64,000 bases of DNA from an uncultured Gemmatimonadales bacterium (GTDB lineage: Bacteria > Gemmatimonadota > Gemmatimonadetes > Gemmatimonadales > GWC2-71-9). The DNA is taken from positions 1 through 64,000 of the forward strand of contig CAWGSK010000008.1 in the NCBI GenBank assembly GCA_963825055.1. The letters run 5' to 3'. This document shows positions 46,825 to 56,426 of the stretch, one piece after another; the first letter of the stretch is position 1, and each line of letters begins with the position of its first letter. The notes beneath the pieces were generated by a model, which worked only from the letters and a program-made list of their open reading frames with translations, made no database searches and had not been told where the DNA came from. Position numbers and translations under genes: made by a program.

Positions 46825-47408
46825 CGCGCCACCCCCACGCCGATCATCAGGCGGTGCACGTCCTGTGTGCGGGAGAACCCGCGTGCCTCGAGCTGGTCGG
46901 TCGTGAACCGGTGGTAGCTGTACCGGGCCGAGACTGTAAAATCGAGCCCCGCCCGCCACGGGCGGCGATACTCCGCCCCCACGCTGCCGAGCAGTCGGGC
47001 CGGCCCGCCCTGGAGGAACAGCCCCTGCTTTTCCGACGGCCAGTATTTCAGCATGCCGAGGCCGGCTTTCCAGTAGACATTGCGCACCATGGCCGGGCCG
47101 CTGGCGAAGAGCAGGATCTCGCCTGTTCGCAGGCTGCCCAGGTCAGTGTCATTGCCGGTCTCCTTGGCACTCAGGGAACTGCTGGTGAGCGAGCCCTGGA
47201 GCCCGACCCGGATCCGCTCGCCGAAGGGAAGGGAGCCGCTTGCGGTAAGGGTGGGTGCGATGGCCGCCTTGACGTCGATGGGATTGATAATGTCGTCGCT
47301 CACCAGCGTGGAGGACCAGGTGGCCCCGATGCCGCCCGCCAGCCGGACCTGGGCCATCGCGGGGGACGCTGCCAGCGCGAGGGCTGAAAAACAGAGGAGT
47401 AGGCGCAT
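46821..47408 (-). CDS. small outer-membrane beta-barrel-like protein
   Basis: Signal peptide and alternating amphipathic strands. Confidence 0.6.
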   Translation of the reverse strand: MRLLLCFSALALAASPAMAQVRLAGGIGATWSSTLVSDDIINPIDVKAAIAPTLTASGSLPFGERIRVGLQGSLTSSSLSAKETGNDTDLGSLRTGEILLFASGPAMVRNVYWKAGLGMLKYWPSEKQGLFLQGGPARLLGSVGAEYRRPWRAGLDFTVSARYSYHRFTTDQLEARGFSRTQDVHRLMIGVGVAR

Positions 47409-47439
47409 CCCCGGAAGATGGCCGGGTGCGCCAAGGTGG

Positions 47440-48321
47440 TCAACGCGATGTCCTGGCGCGTCCGAACGCACGGAGGCGACGCAGCATCCTCCGGTCACTG
47501 GTGACCGGGTCGTCCCCCTTGGGGGTTTCGAGGAGCTTCGGGATGGCGGCGAAGGCGGGGTCCCGCATGAGGCGCCGGAAGGGCTCGCGCCCCAGGCTGC
47601 CCTCGCCGATCAGTTCATGCCGGTCCCGGTGGGAGCCGTACGGGGTCCTGCTGTCGTTCAGGTGCATGCACCGGAGCAGGTCCCGTCCGATGATCCGGTC
47701 CCAGGCGGCCCACACGCCGTCCCAGTCGCCCCGCAGGTCGTAGCCGGCGGCGTAGAGGTGGCAGGTATCCGCACAGAACGCGACCCGGTGGCGGACGTCG
47801 TCGCCCACCTGACGGCGCAATTCGGCCAGTTCTTCGAACGTGTGGCCCAGGGCTGTCCCGCACCCCGCCGTCGTCTCCAGGTATACCATGACCGGCCCGG
47901 GCACGGCCCGGAGGCACCGGGTGAGGGCTTCGGCGTTTCTTCCGAGACCCGCGTCCCGGTCGTCAATGTAGTTGCCGGGGTGCGACACCACGGCCTCGAT
48001 TCCGAGGTCGGTACAGCGGTGCAGTTCTGCCTCGAAAGCGCTTACGGAGCGCGCACTTAGCACCCGGTCGGGGGAGGCCAGGTTTATCAGGTACGAATCG
48101 TGCGAAACCACCCCCTGCAGACCGCTGCGTTCATACGCTCTCTGGAAATCTTCACAGAGGGCTGGACTCACTTGAGGCTCACGCCACTGGCTGGGGGTCT
48201 TGGTGAATACCTGGATCGCGGTGGCGCCGATGGCCACCCCCCGCTCCGGAGCGTGGTGCACACCCCCCTGCGTGGAGACGTGCGCGCCGAGTCGTTCCGG
48301 GGCGGGGGGTGGCTGTCGCAC
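47440..48321 (-). CDS. nfo: endonuclease IV
   Basis: 'LGAHVS', 'HDSYLINL', 'HPG', 'ETTAG', 'DTCH', 'HLNDS', 'DRH', 'LETP'; start uncertain. Confidence 0.93.
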   Translation of the reverse strand: MRQPPPAPERLGAHVSTQGGVHHAPERGVAIGATAIQVFTKTPSQWREPQVSPALCEDFQRAYERSGLQGVVSHDSYLINLASPDRVLSARSVSAFEAELHRCTDLGIEAVVSHPGNYIDDRDAGLGRNAEALTRCLRAVPGPVMVYLETTAGCGTALGHTFEELAELRRQVGDDVRHRVAFCADTCHLYAAGYDLRGDWDGVWAAWDRIIGRDLLRCMHLNDSRTPYGSHRDRHELIGEGSLGREPFRRLMRDPAFAAIPKLLETPKGDDPVTSDRRMLRRLRAFGRARTSR

Positions 48322-48381
48322 GCCCTTGGTGTCTGCTGGTGGAATGAGTAGCTTCTCCCGACTTTTGCCCATTGTGAGTCC

Positions 48382-49818
48382 GTGACCGATACCGCGCATC
48401 CCCTCGTGCTGCTGCTCGGCGATCCGTCGGTGCGACCCGACGGTCTCGAGCGCGCACTCGTGCGCGCGGGATTCCAGCTCCTCGAGGCCGACCAGCCACC
48501 CGATCCTTCACATGGCGACCCGGTCCCGGACCTGCTCCTGGTGAGCTGGCCCGACCACGGGGAGGCCCTCCGGGGCTTGCTCGCGTCCCTCCGCACCCCC
48601 GCCCTCGCGGCAGTTCCGAGCCTCGTGCTCCTCGGTACCCCGGAACGCGAGGGCCCGGCCCGCGCCCTCGAGTACGGTGCCAGCGATGCCATGAGCGCCC
48701 CGGTCAACCTTGCCGAAGTCACGTCGCGGCTTCGCGCCCGGCTCGGCGGGGTGGGCCACATGGAGGACATCCGGCAGGCCACCGAGTACCAGGCCATCCT
48801 GCTCGACATCTTCCAGGAGGCTTCGTCGGCGCTGCGCCCGGAGGAGATGGTAAATACGGTGGTCAGGCGGGCAGGGGAAGCGCTGCGGCTCGCGAGCTGC
48901 TCCTTCGTGCTGACGCCGGCGGGCGAGCCGACCGGTCGTGTCATGGCCGTGTACGAGAATCCCACGGTCCGGGACCTGCAGGTCGAGCTGGCGCGGTATC
49001 CGGAGATCCGCGAAGCACTCAGGCGGGACCAGCCGGTGGTTATCGCCGATGTGCGTACCGACCCGCTGTTCGAGGAGGAACGGCGCCACTGGGAGGAACA
49101 CGGGACCGCCGTGGGCTTCCGCGGAGTGGCCGCGTTCCCGGTGCATCTCCAGGGCCGCATCCTCGGCGTGCTGCTGTGCCGGACGGGCCGTGCCGACGCC
49201 CCACTCTCCGAAGCCCAGCTGTCCTTCGCGCGATCACTCGCCACGGCCACCAGCAAGCTGCTGGAGACCGAAGAGCGGCGGGCCGGCATCCAGCGCCGCC
49301 AGGTCGCCGCCGGTGCGACCGACCCACTGACCGGCTGCGGCAGCCTGGACGCGCTCGACCGCCGCATTCGCGAGGAGTTCGCCCGGGCCCGGCGTTACGC
49401 CCTCAGCTTCAGCCTCATCCTGCTGGACGTCGACGAACTGCGGAACTTCAACGAACGGCTTGGTGCGAGCGTGGGGGACCGCGTCCTGACCGAACTCGGG
49501 ACCATCCTCCAGCACGAACTCCGGGCGCCGGACTTCGTCTCGCGCTACGGAGGGGACGAATTTGCCCTCATTCTCCCCGAGACCGACCTCGAAGGCGCCC
49601 GCCGCTCGATCACCCGCGTCCGGCAGAAGATCTCCAGCCATCCATTCCCGGACGTTGCTCCCGAAGACCGCCCCCGGCTCTCCGCCGGCATTGTCGCCTT
49701 CCCCCATCCCGCAGCCATGCAGGCAGAGGATCTGTTCGCGCTGGTCGAGGCGGCGCTGCTTCGGGGCAAGTCGCAGTCGGAGGAACGGATCGGGACGGCG
49801 GAGTCGGTGGCGGCGTGA
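48382..49818 (+). CDS. diguanylate cyclase (receiver-like + GAF + GGDEF)
   Basis: 'DPLTG', I-site RAPD, 'RYGGDEF'. Confidence 0.92.
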   Translation: MTDTAHPLVLLLGDPSVRPDGLERALVRAGFQLLEADQPPDPSHGDPVPDLLLVSWPDHGEALRGLLASLRTPALAAVPSLVLLGTPEREGPARALEYGASDAMSAPVNLAEVTSRLRARLGGVGHMEDIRQATEYQAILLDIFQEASSALRPEEMVNTVVRRAGEALRLASCSFVLTPAGEPTGRVMAVYENPTVRDLQVELARYPEIREALRRDQPVVIADVRTDPLFEEERRHWEEHGTAVGFRGVAAFPVHLQGRILGVLLCRTGRADAPLSEAQLSFARSLATATSKLLETEERRAGIQRRQVAAGATDPLTGCGSLDALDRRIREEFARARRYALSFSLILLDVDELRNFNERLGASVGDRVLTELGTILQHELRAPDFVSRYGGDEFALILPETDLEGARRSITRVRQKISSHPFPDVAPEDRPRLSAGIVAFPHPAAMQAEDLFALVEAALLRGKSQSEERIGTAESVAA

Positions 49819-49825
49819 GGGGGCG

Positions 49826-49900
49826 TTGAGCCGCCTAGTCGTTGAGTCGTTGAGTCGTTACTTCAGGCTACTCAACCACTCAACTACCCAACTACTCAAC
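49826..49900. repeat. inverted octamer arrays (GTTGAGTC)n ... (ACTCAACY)n
   Basis: Between convergent genes; the envC stop lies in a unit. Confidence 0.88.
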
Positions 49901-51110
49901 GCCGTTTCCGGAGCCACTCCGCCGGATCCAGTGCGATCGAAATATCGCCCTGCGTCCCGCGGATCTCGAAGTGCAGGTGGGGGCCCTCGTCGGAATTCAC
50001 GCCGCCCACCGTCCCGATGACCTGGCCGCGGGTGACCTTGTCACCCACCTTCACGGCTGCCGCCGATAGCTGCATGTAGAGTGAGCGGTACCCGTTGCCG
50101 TGCAGCACGAAGACGCTCAGGCCGTACGTGCCCAGGACCTGCACCACTTCCACCGTCCCGCCTTCCACCGCGCGCACCGGGGTGCCCGCCGGCGCGCCGA
50201 TGCCGATGCCGTTGTGGCGGATGACGGCGCCGCTCGCCAGCGTCTCGCGCCCGAAGTTGTAGAGGATGGCCCCTTCCACGGGCCAGTCGAGCCTGCCGAT
50301 GTCCGCCGTGGTGATGGTGGCGGCCTCGGCGGCGCCGCCCGTCCGGGCGTTCCGCGCCGCTTCGGCGCGGGCCGCCCGGGCGAGGGACTCGAGCAGGTCG
50401 TTGACGCGGGCCTCGTCGCGATCGAGCTGGGTGAGTTTCTGGTCGGTCGTGCGGGCGCTCCGCCGGACGGCCTGGAGGCGCTTGCTCCGTTCTTCGGTGA
50501 GCACGCCGTAGCGGCGGAGCTCATCGTCGCGTTCGTCCCGCCGGCGGTTGAATTCCGAGCGCACCATCAGGATTTCGTCACGCTGGCGCTGCACGCGGTT
50601 CCGGAGGTCTTCCACCTCGCGCTCGAGTGCGCGGTCCTGCCGGCTGGTCAGGAAGAGGTACTTGTACCGGCTCAGGAGGTCACCGAAAGATTCCGCCGTC
50701 AGCAGCACTTCCACCGCGTGCAGCGGGCCGCGCTTGTAGATATCCACCAGCCGGCGCTGCAGCACGGCGCGCTTTTCAGCAAGGTTGTCCTGTGCCAGGA
50801 GCAGGTTCATGCTGGCCGAGTCGATCTGCGTATTGAGCGTCCCGATCTGGCCGTCCAGTTCCCGGACGATCCGGGCCGTGGTTTCCTTCTGGCGTTCGAG
50901 GTTGGTGACTTCTTCGTCCAGCGTATGCGCCTGCCCGCGAAGCCGCTCCTGTTCCGACTGCAGGCGTGCCCGCTCCTGGCGGATTTCGTCCAGGCGCCGG
51001 CGGCTCTCGTTCATCTGTCGGGTGATGTTGCCCTGCGCCGCGGCGGGAAGCGCGTTGAGGGTGAGCAGCGCCGCGACGACGATGGCCGGGAAGAAACGCC
51101 GCACGGTCAC
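49896..51110 (-). CDS. envC: murein hydrolase activator EnvC family
   Basis: Signal peptide, long coiled coil, M23-like 'WPVEG...GPHLHFEIR'; follows ftsX. Confidence 0.88.
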   Translation of the reverse strand: MTVRRFFPAIVVAALLTLNALPAAAQGNITRQMNESRRRLDEIRQERARLQSEQERLRGQAHTLDEEVTNLERQKETTARIVRELDGQIGTLNTQIDSASMNLLLAQDNLAEKRAVLQRRLVDIYKRGPLHAVEVLLTAESFGDLLSRYKYLFLTSRQDRALEREVEDLRNRVQRQRDEILMVRSEFNRRRDERDDELRRYGVLTEERSKRLQAVRRSARTTDQKLTQLDRDEARVNDLLESLARAARAEAARNARTGGAAEAATITTADIGRLDWPVEGAILYNFGRETLASGAVIRHNGIGIGAPAGTPVRAVEGGTVEVVQVLGTYGLSVFVLHGNGYRSLYMQLSAAAVKVGDKVTRGQVIGTVGGVNSDEGPHLHFEIRGTQGDISIALDPAEWLRKRR

Positions 51111-51976
51111 ACCCTCCGGAGGTGCCGCCCGACGCTCACCAGGCTCCCGCCAAGGCCCATCACCACCCCGAAGAGGACCAGCAGGGCGAGCTGGGGCGCA
51201 CTGAAGAACACCAGGCCCGTGAGACCGCCCACGTCCTGACCCTGGAACAGGACGAACCCCAGCCAGCACAGCAGTACCGAGAGCAGCCCGCCGAGCAGCC
51301 CCTTGAGGGCTCCCTCCAGGAGGAAGGGGCCGCGGATGAACCAGTCGCTCGCGCCGACCAGGCGCATGATGCCGATCTCGCCGGCGCGCTGGAGCACGGT
51401 CATGCGGATGGTCGTCCCGATGATCACGATGGCGACACCGGCGAAGGCGAGCCCGATCATGAGCACCACGATCCCCGCCACGTTCCTGAGCCGGTCCAGA
51501 CGCTCGATCCAGTCCCGGCCGAAGCGGACGTCCTCCACGAAATCGAACGACTTGACCCGGTCCGCGACCGCCTGGGCGTGCACCGCGTCCCGGTATCCCT
51601 GGCGCAGCCGGATTTCCAGCGACGGCGGCAGCGGATTCACCTCCAGGTCCCGGTAGGCATCGCGGAACTCCACCAGCTCCGTGCGGGCCCGTTCCAGCGC
51701 TTCCTCGGAGGAGACATAGGACACGCTCAGGACCTCAGGAAAGGCGCCGATGTCCTGCGACGCCCCCGCGATCGTCTCCGGCGGGGTTCCCCGAAGCATG
51801 AACGCGACCACCTCCACCCGCTCCTCCACCCCGCGGAGCGCCTGCCGGAGGTTCAGGGCCACCAGGCCGAAGAGGCCGACCACGAACAGGCTGAAGGCAA
51901 TGGTGGTCACCGAGAGCAGCGACAGGAGCGGCGCGCGCCGGAAGGAGAGCAGGGCCTCGCGGGCAACGAGCCTCAT
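51107..51976 (-). CDS. ftsX: cell division permease FtsX
   Basis: 'NPLPPS', 'EI.IMRLVGAS.WFIRGPFLLEG'. Confidence 0.95.
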   Translation of the reverse strand: MRLVAREALLSFRRAPLLSLLSVTTIAFSLFVVGLFGLVALNLRQALRGVEERVEVVAFMLRGTPPETIAGASQDIGAFPEVLSVSYVSSEEALERARTELVEFRDAYRDLEVNPLPPSLEIRLRQGYRDAVHAQAVADRVKSFDFVEDVRFGRDWIERLDRLRNVAGIVVLMIGLAFAGVAIVIIGTTIRMTVLQRAGEIGIMRLVGASDWFIRGPFLLEGALKGLLGGLLSVLLCWLGFVLFQGQDVGGLTGLVFFSAPQLALLVLFGVVMGLGGSLVSVGRHLRRV

Positions 51977-52662
51977 GGCAGGTCTTCCGCCGGCTGGTCC
52001 ATCTTGCTGTCGAACACGATGGCGCCGTCCCGGAGCTCGATGGTACGGTAGTTCGTCTGGCGGATGACCTCGAGGTCGTGCGTGGCCATGACCACGCACG
52101 TGCCCCCCGTGTTGATGTCCCGCAGCAGCTGAGTGATCCCCCGGGTGGCCCGCAGGTCCAGGTTGCCGGTCGGCTCATCGGCAATCAGGATGGGCGGGTC
52201 ATTCACCAGCGCGCGCGCGATGGCGACCCGCTGCTGCTCGCCCCCGGAGAGCTCGTGCGGATAGGCCTGGGCCTTGGCCGCGAGCCCGACCTGGGTGAGT
52301 ACCCGGCCGACACGGGCCGGGATGGTGCTCGCCCGGGCGCCAGTCACCTCGAGCGCGAAGGCCACGTTCTCCCTCGCCGTCCGGTCCGGCAACAGGCGGA
52401 AGTCCTGGAACACCACCCCGAGGCGCCGTCGAAGCCGTGCCACCTCACGGGAACGGAGGTCATTGACCGGGAATCCGGACACTTTCACTTCCCCGCTGGT
52501 CGGCCGCTGGTCGGCGTAGATCATCTTGAGCACGGTGCTCTTGCCCGCGCCCGAGTGGCCGGTCAGGAAGACGAATTCGCCTTTGGGGATGTGGAGGGTG
52601 ACGTCCTTCAGGGCGAAGCCGCCCTTGGGATACGACTTGAAGACACTGCTGAAGCGGATCAC
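51973..52662 (-). CDS. ftsE: cell division ATP-binding protein FtsE
   Basis: GHSGAGKS, '[10 protein letters not shown]', LSGGEQQR, 'ADEPTGNLD'. Confidence 0.96.
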   Translation of the reverse strand: MIRFSSVFKSYPKGGFALKDVTLHIPKGEFVFLTGHSGAGKSTVLKMIYADQRPTSGEVKVSGFPVNDLRSREVARLRRRLGVVFQDFRLLPDRTARENVAFALEVTGARASTIPARVGRVLTQVGLAAKAQAYPHELSGGEQQRVAIARALVNDPPILIADEPTGNLDLRATRGITQLLRDINTGGTCVVMATHDLEVIRQTNYRTIELRDGAIVFDSKMDQPAEDLP

Positions 52663-52666
52663 GGAC

Positions 52667-53824
52667 TCAACTGCCTCCCAGCGCCTGCGCGAGGTCGGCG
52701 ATGAGGTCGTCCGCGTCCTCCAGGCCGCAACTCAGGCGGACGAACCCGTCGGGGAACCCCAGTCGGGCGCGTTCGGCGGGCGTGTATGCGGCGTGCGAGG
52801 TCAGGCGGGGCTCGGAGATGAGGCTCTCCACCCCGCCGAGGCTGGTTGCGTGCGTGATCACGCGCAGGCGCCGCAGGAATCGCTCGGCACCCGCCGCACC
52901 GCCACGGATCTGGAGTCCCATCATGCCCCCGAAGCCGTCCAGGCACTCGGCAGCGACGGCGTGGTCCTGGTGATCCGGGAGGCCGGGATAATGCACGGCC
53001 TCGATCTCCGTCTGTGTTGCCGCCCAGGTGGCCACGGCCATGCCGTTGGCGTTGTGCCGCTCCATCCGGACCGGGAGCGTGCGGAGCCCCCGGTCGATCA
53101 GCCATGCGCTGTGCGGATCGAGGGACTGCCCCCAGAGCCGCATGAGGCGCGTCACCTCTTCGATGAACGTGCCCTCGCCGGCCACGGCGCCCGCGATCAC
53201 GTCGCTGTGGCCGTTCAGGTATTTCGTGGCGCTGGTGATGACCACGTCAGCCCCGTGCTCCAGTGGCCTGAAGTTGATCGGGCTTGCGAACGTGCTGTCC
53301 ACCAGGAGAGCCAGCCCCGTCTCCTTCGCCACCTGCGCCACCTTGGCCAGGTCCAGGACGCGGACCAGCGGATTGTTGGGCGTCTCCACGAAAATCGCCC
53401 GGGTGGACTTCCGGAGCGCCTTTCGCCACTGGCGCGGCTCGTCGGGGCTGCAGTAGGTGATATCGATGCCCCAGCGGCTGAGTTCGTCGTCGAAAAGCCG
53501 TCGGGTTCCGCCGTAAATCCAGCTGCTGCTGATCAGGTGGTCGCCGGGACGGAGCACCGCCAGGTGGGCGAGGGCCGTCGCGCCCATGCCGCTCGAGAGG
53601 AAGATCGCGCTCTCGGCGCCCTCGAGCAGCGCATACCGTTCGGCGATCCTGACCTGGTTCGGATTGTTCCCATACCGGGTATAGAGAACTTCCTCGCTGC
53701 TGCCGACGGGGTTGGTGAACGTGCTGCTCTGCACCAGCGCGGGCACCACCGGGCTCCAGTCGGGCTTCCGGTGCGGGGTGCCGTGGATGGCGGTGGTGGA
53801 GAGTCCGTGGGTCCGTCGGCTCAT
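52667..53824 (-). CDS. Cys/Met metabolism PLP-dependent enzyme (cystathionine/methionine gamma-lyase family)
   Basis: 'YTRYGNNP', 'SSGMGA', 'SATKYLNGHSD', 'SLGGVESL'. Confidence 0.93.
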   Translation of the reverse strand: MSRRTHGLSTTAIHGTPHRKPDWSPVVPALVQSSTFTNPVGSSEEVLYTRYGNNPNQVRIAERYALLEGAESAIFLSSGMGATALAHLAVLRPGDHLISSSWIYGGTRRLFDDELSRWGIDITYCSPDEPRQWRKALRKSTRAIFVETPNNPLVRVLDLAKVAQVAKETGLALLVDSTFASPINFRPLEHGADVVITSATKYLNGHSDVIAGAVAGEGTFIEEVTRLMRLWGQSLDPHSAWLIDRGLRTLPVRMERHNANGMAVATWAATQTEIEAVHYPGLPDHQDHAVAAECLDGFGGMMGLQIRGGAAGAERFLRRLRVITHATSLGGVESLISEPRLTSHAAYTPAERARLGFPDGFVRLSCGLEDADDLIADLAQALGGS

Positions 53825-54363
53825 TGGACCGGGAGAGGGTGGTACACGCCGCTCCGCTCGCGCACGAGGCGGCGGGCCGAGAGGTCCTGGAGGGCGCCTG
53901 CCGCCGTCTCGAACGGCCAGGCCTTGGATCCCGCCAGGCTGCTCAGGGTACAGGGGCCATCGCGGTGAATGTGCTGGAAGGCTTCCCGGGGCTCCCCGGC
54001 GATCGCCCCGAGGAGAAACGGCGGCTCGTCGGGCTCCGCCAGCGCCGCCATCACCAGGTTGTGGTTCCGGAGCACGTGGTCGATTGCCTCGCGATGGTCT
54101 TCGGACAGTCCTATCAGGAGGACGTAATGCTCGCGCTCCGGCGCCCAGTCCAGCAGGAGCTTGGCGACGATTTCGTCGGCGCAGCTGAAGTCGAGAAGGC
54201 CCACCGCGGAGAAGTCGAGCAGGGCGGTGAGGCACCGCGCGCGATCCATCGCGTTCTGTACTCCGTTACGAACCGCCACACCCGTCGGCCGGGTCACGAG
54301 GTCCCGGTACGGAGTGGCAACGGCGTCCTGCAGAATCCGGTCAAGCCGGATGGTGTGGATCAT
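53821..54363 (-). CDS. STAS-like domain protein with probable C-terminal winged helix
   Basis: 'LVTRPTG..VR', 'LLDFSAVGLLDFSCADEIV'; C-terminal 'LSSLA...ALQDL..RRLVRE..G.Y'. Confidence 0.65.
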   Translation of the reverse strand: MIHTIRLDRILQDAVATPYRDLVTRPTGVAVRNGVQNAMDRARCLTALLDFSAVGLLDFSCADEIVAKLLLDWAPEREHYVLLIGLSEDHREAIDHVLRNHNLVMAALAEPDEPPFLLGAIAGEPREAFQHIHRDGPCTLSSLAGSKAWPFETAAGALQDLSARRLVRERSGVYHPLPVQ

Positions 54364-54445
54364 CGCGTGATGGAACCCTGGCGCGGGGGGTGGACGGAAC
54401 GGGGACGATTGAAGATAGGGAGAGGAGCGGACGGAGTCGAGGGTG

Positions 54446-54586
54446 GGGTGTCGGGTATGGGGTATCGGGGATCGGGGATCGGGGATCGTTGGTTGTTGAA
54501 TGGTTGAGTCGTTGAGTTGGCAGTCGGCAATCGGCAGTCGGCAATCGTCCGTCCCGACCGCCTTGACCGTCCTGACCGCCCTGTCC
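54446..54586. repeat. compound repeat TCGGGGA / GTTGAGTC / GGCARTC then CCGYCYTGA
   Basis: Read directly. Confidence 0.88.
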
Positions 54587-55482
54587 TATTCCTCCTGCGC
54601 CGGTATCACAATCTGCAGCTGCGAGCCCGGGAAGAAAGGCAGGTGCTCCGACAGCGGCACGTCGTCGTCCCAGGAGGGCACGATCGACAGGCGCGCGGTG
54701 CCGCTTCGGATGGAGATCTTGCCGTCCCACCGGGCGAGGTATCGCTTGATGCCGGCCAGGCCCTGGCCGCGGCCGGGATCGCGGAAGCGGCTGATGCCCT
54801 GGATGAGGGCGCTCTCGAGCGCCGCGCCATCGCCCCAGCGGTCGCCATAGCGCCGGGCCTGGACGCCCTCGAGCGAACGGCGGAATCCGATGCCGGCGTC
54901 GCTCACGGCGATCACCACCACCCGCCGGCCGAGCTTCCGGCGAAATGTGTACGCATGGACGGACACCCAGCCGCTCGTCCCGGCGTGCTCGACGATGTTC
55001 TGGCAGGCCTCGGAGAGGGCCATGGCGAAGCCCATGGTCGCCTTGGCCTCCAGGCGGAGCTCGCCGGCCAGGATCCGCGCCGCACCCTCCTGGATCTTTC
55101 CCACCACGTGATGCACGTCTTCCGCGGCGCGCACCGGCGTCACGTCCAGCAGGACGTCGGACTGTTCCTGGGGGGCCATCTTCGGCACGCGTCCGTGGAT
55201 CTCACAGAGTTCGGCGGCATACCGGAAAAAGCCGGCCTTGGCCCAGTAGCGCCGGACGTCCTCGCTTTTCGGCACGGTGAACAGGGGTTTTTCACCCTGG
55301 TGCTCACCCAGCCACTGCGCGGCGGAGAGCATGCCGATCATGCCATAGGGCGATGCCCACTGGGCGGCGTGCGCGTCAATGAGGACGCGTCCTCCCGCCT
55401 CCACCGCCTTCGAGAAGGACTGGGCGAACGTGTCGAAGCTGCGGTCATCAAAGCTGGAGGGTACCTCCACGACGCGGGTCAT
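54586..55482 (-). CDS. STAS-like + GHKL/HATPase (anti-sigma kinase-like) protein
   Basis: N-box 'EACQNIVEHA', G1 'DAGIGF', G2 'GRGQGL'; no HisKA domain. Confidence 0.8.
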   Translation of the reverse strand: MTRVVEVPSSFDDRSFDTFAQSFSKAVEAGGRVLIDAHAAQWASPYGMIGMLSAAQWLGEHQGEKPLFTVPKSEDVRRYWAKAGFFRYAAELCEIHGRVPKMAPQEQSDVLLDVTPVRAAEDVHHVVGKIQEGAARILAGELRLEAKATMGFAMALSEACQNIVEHAGTSGWVSVHAYTFRRKLGRRVVVIAVSDAGIGFRRSLEGVQARRYGDRWGDGAALESALIQGISRFRDPGRGQGLAGIKRYLARWDGKISIRSGTARLSIVPSWDDDVPLSEHLPFFPGSQLQIVIPAQEE

Positions 55483-56426
55483 GCGGTCACCAGTTCGCCG
55501 CGGAGATGCCGGTTGAGCCCGGTTGCGCCGCGGTAGGCGGCGTTCCTGGCCCCGAAAGCATTGGCGTGACGCACGGCGGTCTCGACCGGGTCCCCCGCCA
55601 GCAGCCGGCCGAACAGGGCGGCGCCGAAGACATCGCCGCAACCGGTGGGATCCAGGGCCTCGGCAACCGGCGCCTCGATCCGCGCGGTGCGCACCGGGTC
55701 GCCGCTCCGGCGCACTCGGTCAGCGAGGGTATCGAACCCCGGCGCGGCCACGTAGGCCGTCCCCCGCGGGCCCAGGGTGACCGCGAGCAGGGAGACTCCG
55801 GCGCCCAGCGCCTCCGCGCTCAGTGCCAGCGGGTCGGGCGACAGCTGATGCATCTCGTCCTCGTTCACCTGGACCACGTCGAAGCAGCCGAACCAGTCGG
55901 CCGCGCGAGGGAGGGGTTGCAACCGCCGGATGCCGTCACCCTGCATGGCCAGGAGCAGGCTGTGCAGGTCGGCGTAGATCGGGCCGGCAAAGCCGTGACG
56001 CAGCGCCTGCGCCGTCCCGAGGCACATCTCGAAACCGGAAATGAAGTTCACGTACACCGCGTCGAGGCCCTGGACCATCGGGCCGAGTTCAGCCCAGTTC
56101 CAGCCGGGGACACCGCCTTCCATCCGTTCGCACCGGCGTTCGGTGCGGTCATAGCGGAGCGTGACGCGGTTGTTGGGCACCGGCACCTCGACGCAACGGG
56201 CTCCCGGCGCCAGTCGGCGGAGGCCGCCCAGGAACTCACGGGCACGGTCGGCCAGGTCGCGTCCAACCTTGATGAGGGGGACGATGTTCCAGTCCGGCGG
56301 CAGGGCGGCATCCATCCCCGACAGGGCATAGGCGATGCCCCCCCATTCTTCCACCGGGGGAGTGGCAGGGTCGCGGCCGTAGATGCGATCCCAGACCAGC
56401 GACCCGACGATACCGACCTCAGGCAT
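55479..56426 (-). CDS. PfkB family carbohydrate kinase
   Basis: 'GG..Y', 'NEDE', 'VTLGPRG', 'DPTGCGDVF'. Confidence 0.85.
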   Translation of the reverse strand: MPEVGIVGSLVWDRIYGRDPATPPVEEWGGIAYALSGMDAALPPDWNIVPLIKVGRDLADRAREFLGGLRRLAPGARCVEVPVPNNRVTLRYDRTERRCERMEGGVPGWNWAELGPMVQGLDAVYVNFISGFEMCLGTAQALRHGFAGPIYADLHSLLLAMQGDGIRRLQPLPRAADWFGCFDVVQVNEDEMHQLSPDPLALSAEALGAGVSLLAVTLGPRGTAYVAAPGFDTLADRVRRSGDPVRTARIEAPVAEALDPTGCGDVFGAALFGRLLAGDPVETAVRHANAFGARNAAYRGATGLNRHLRGELVTA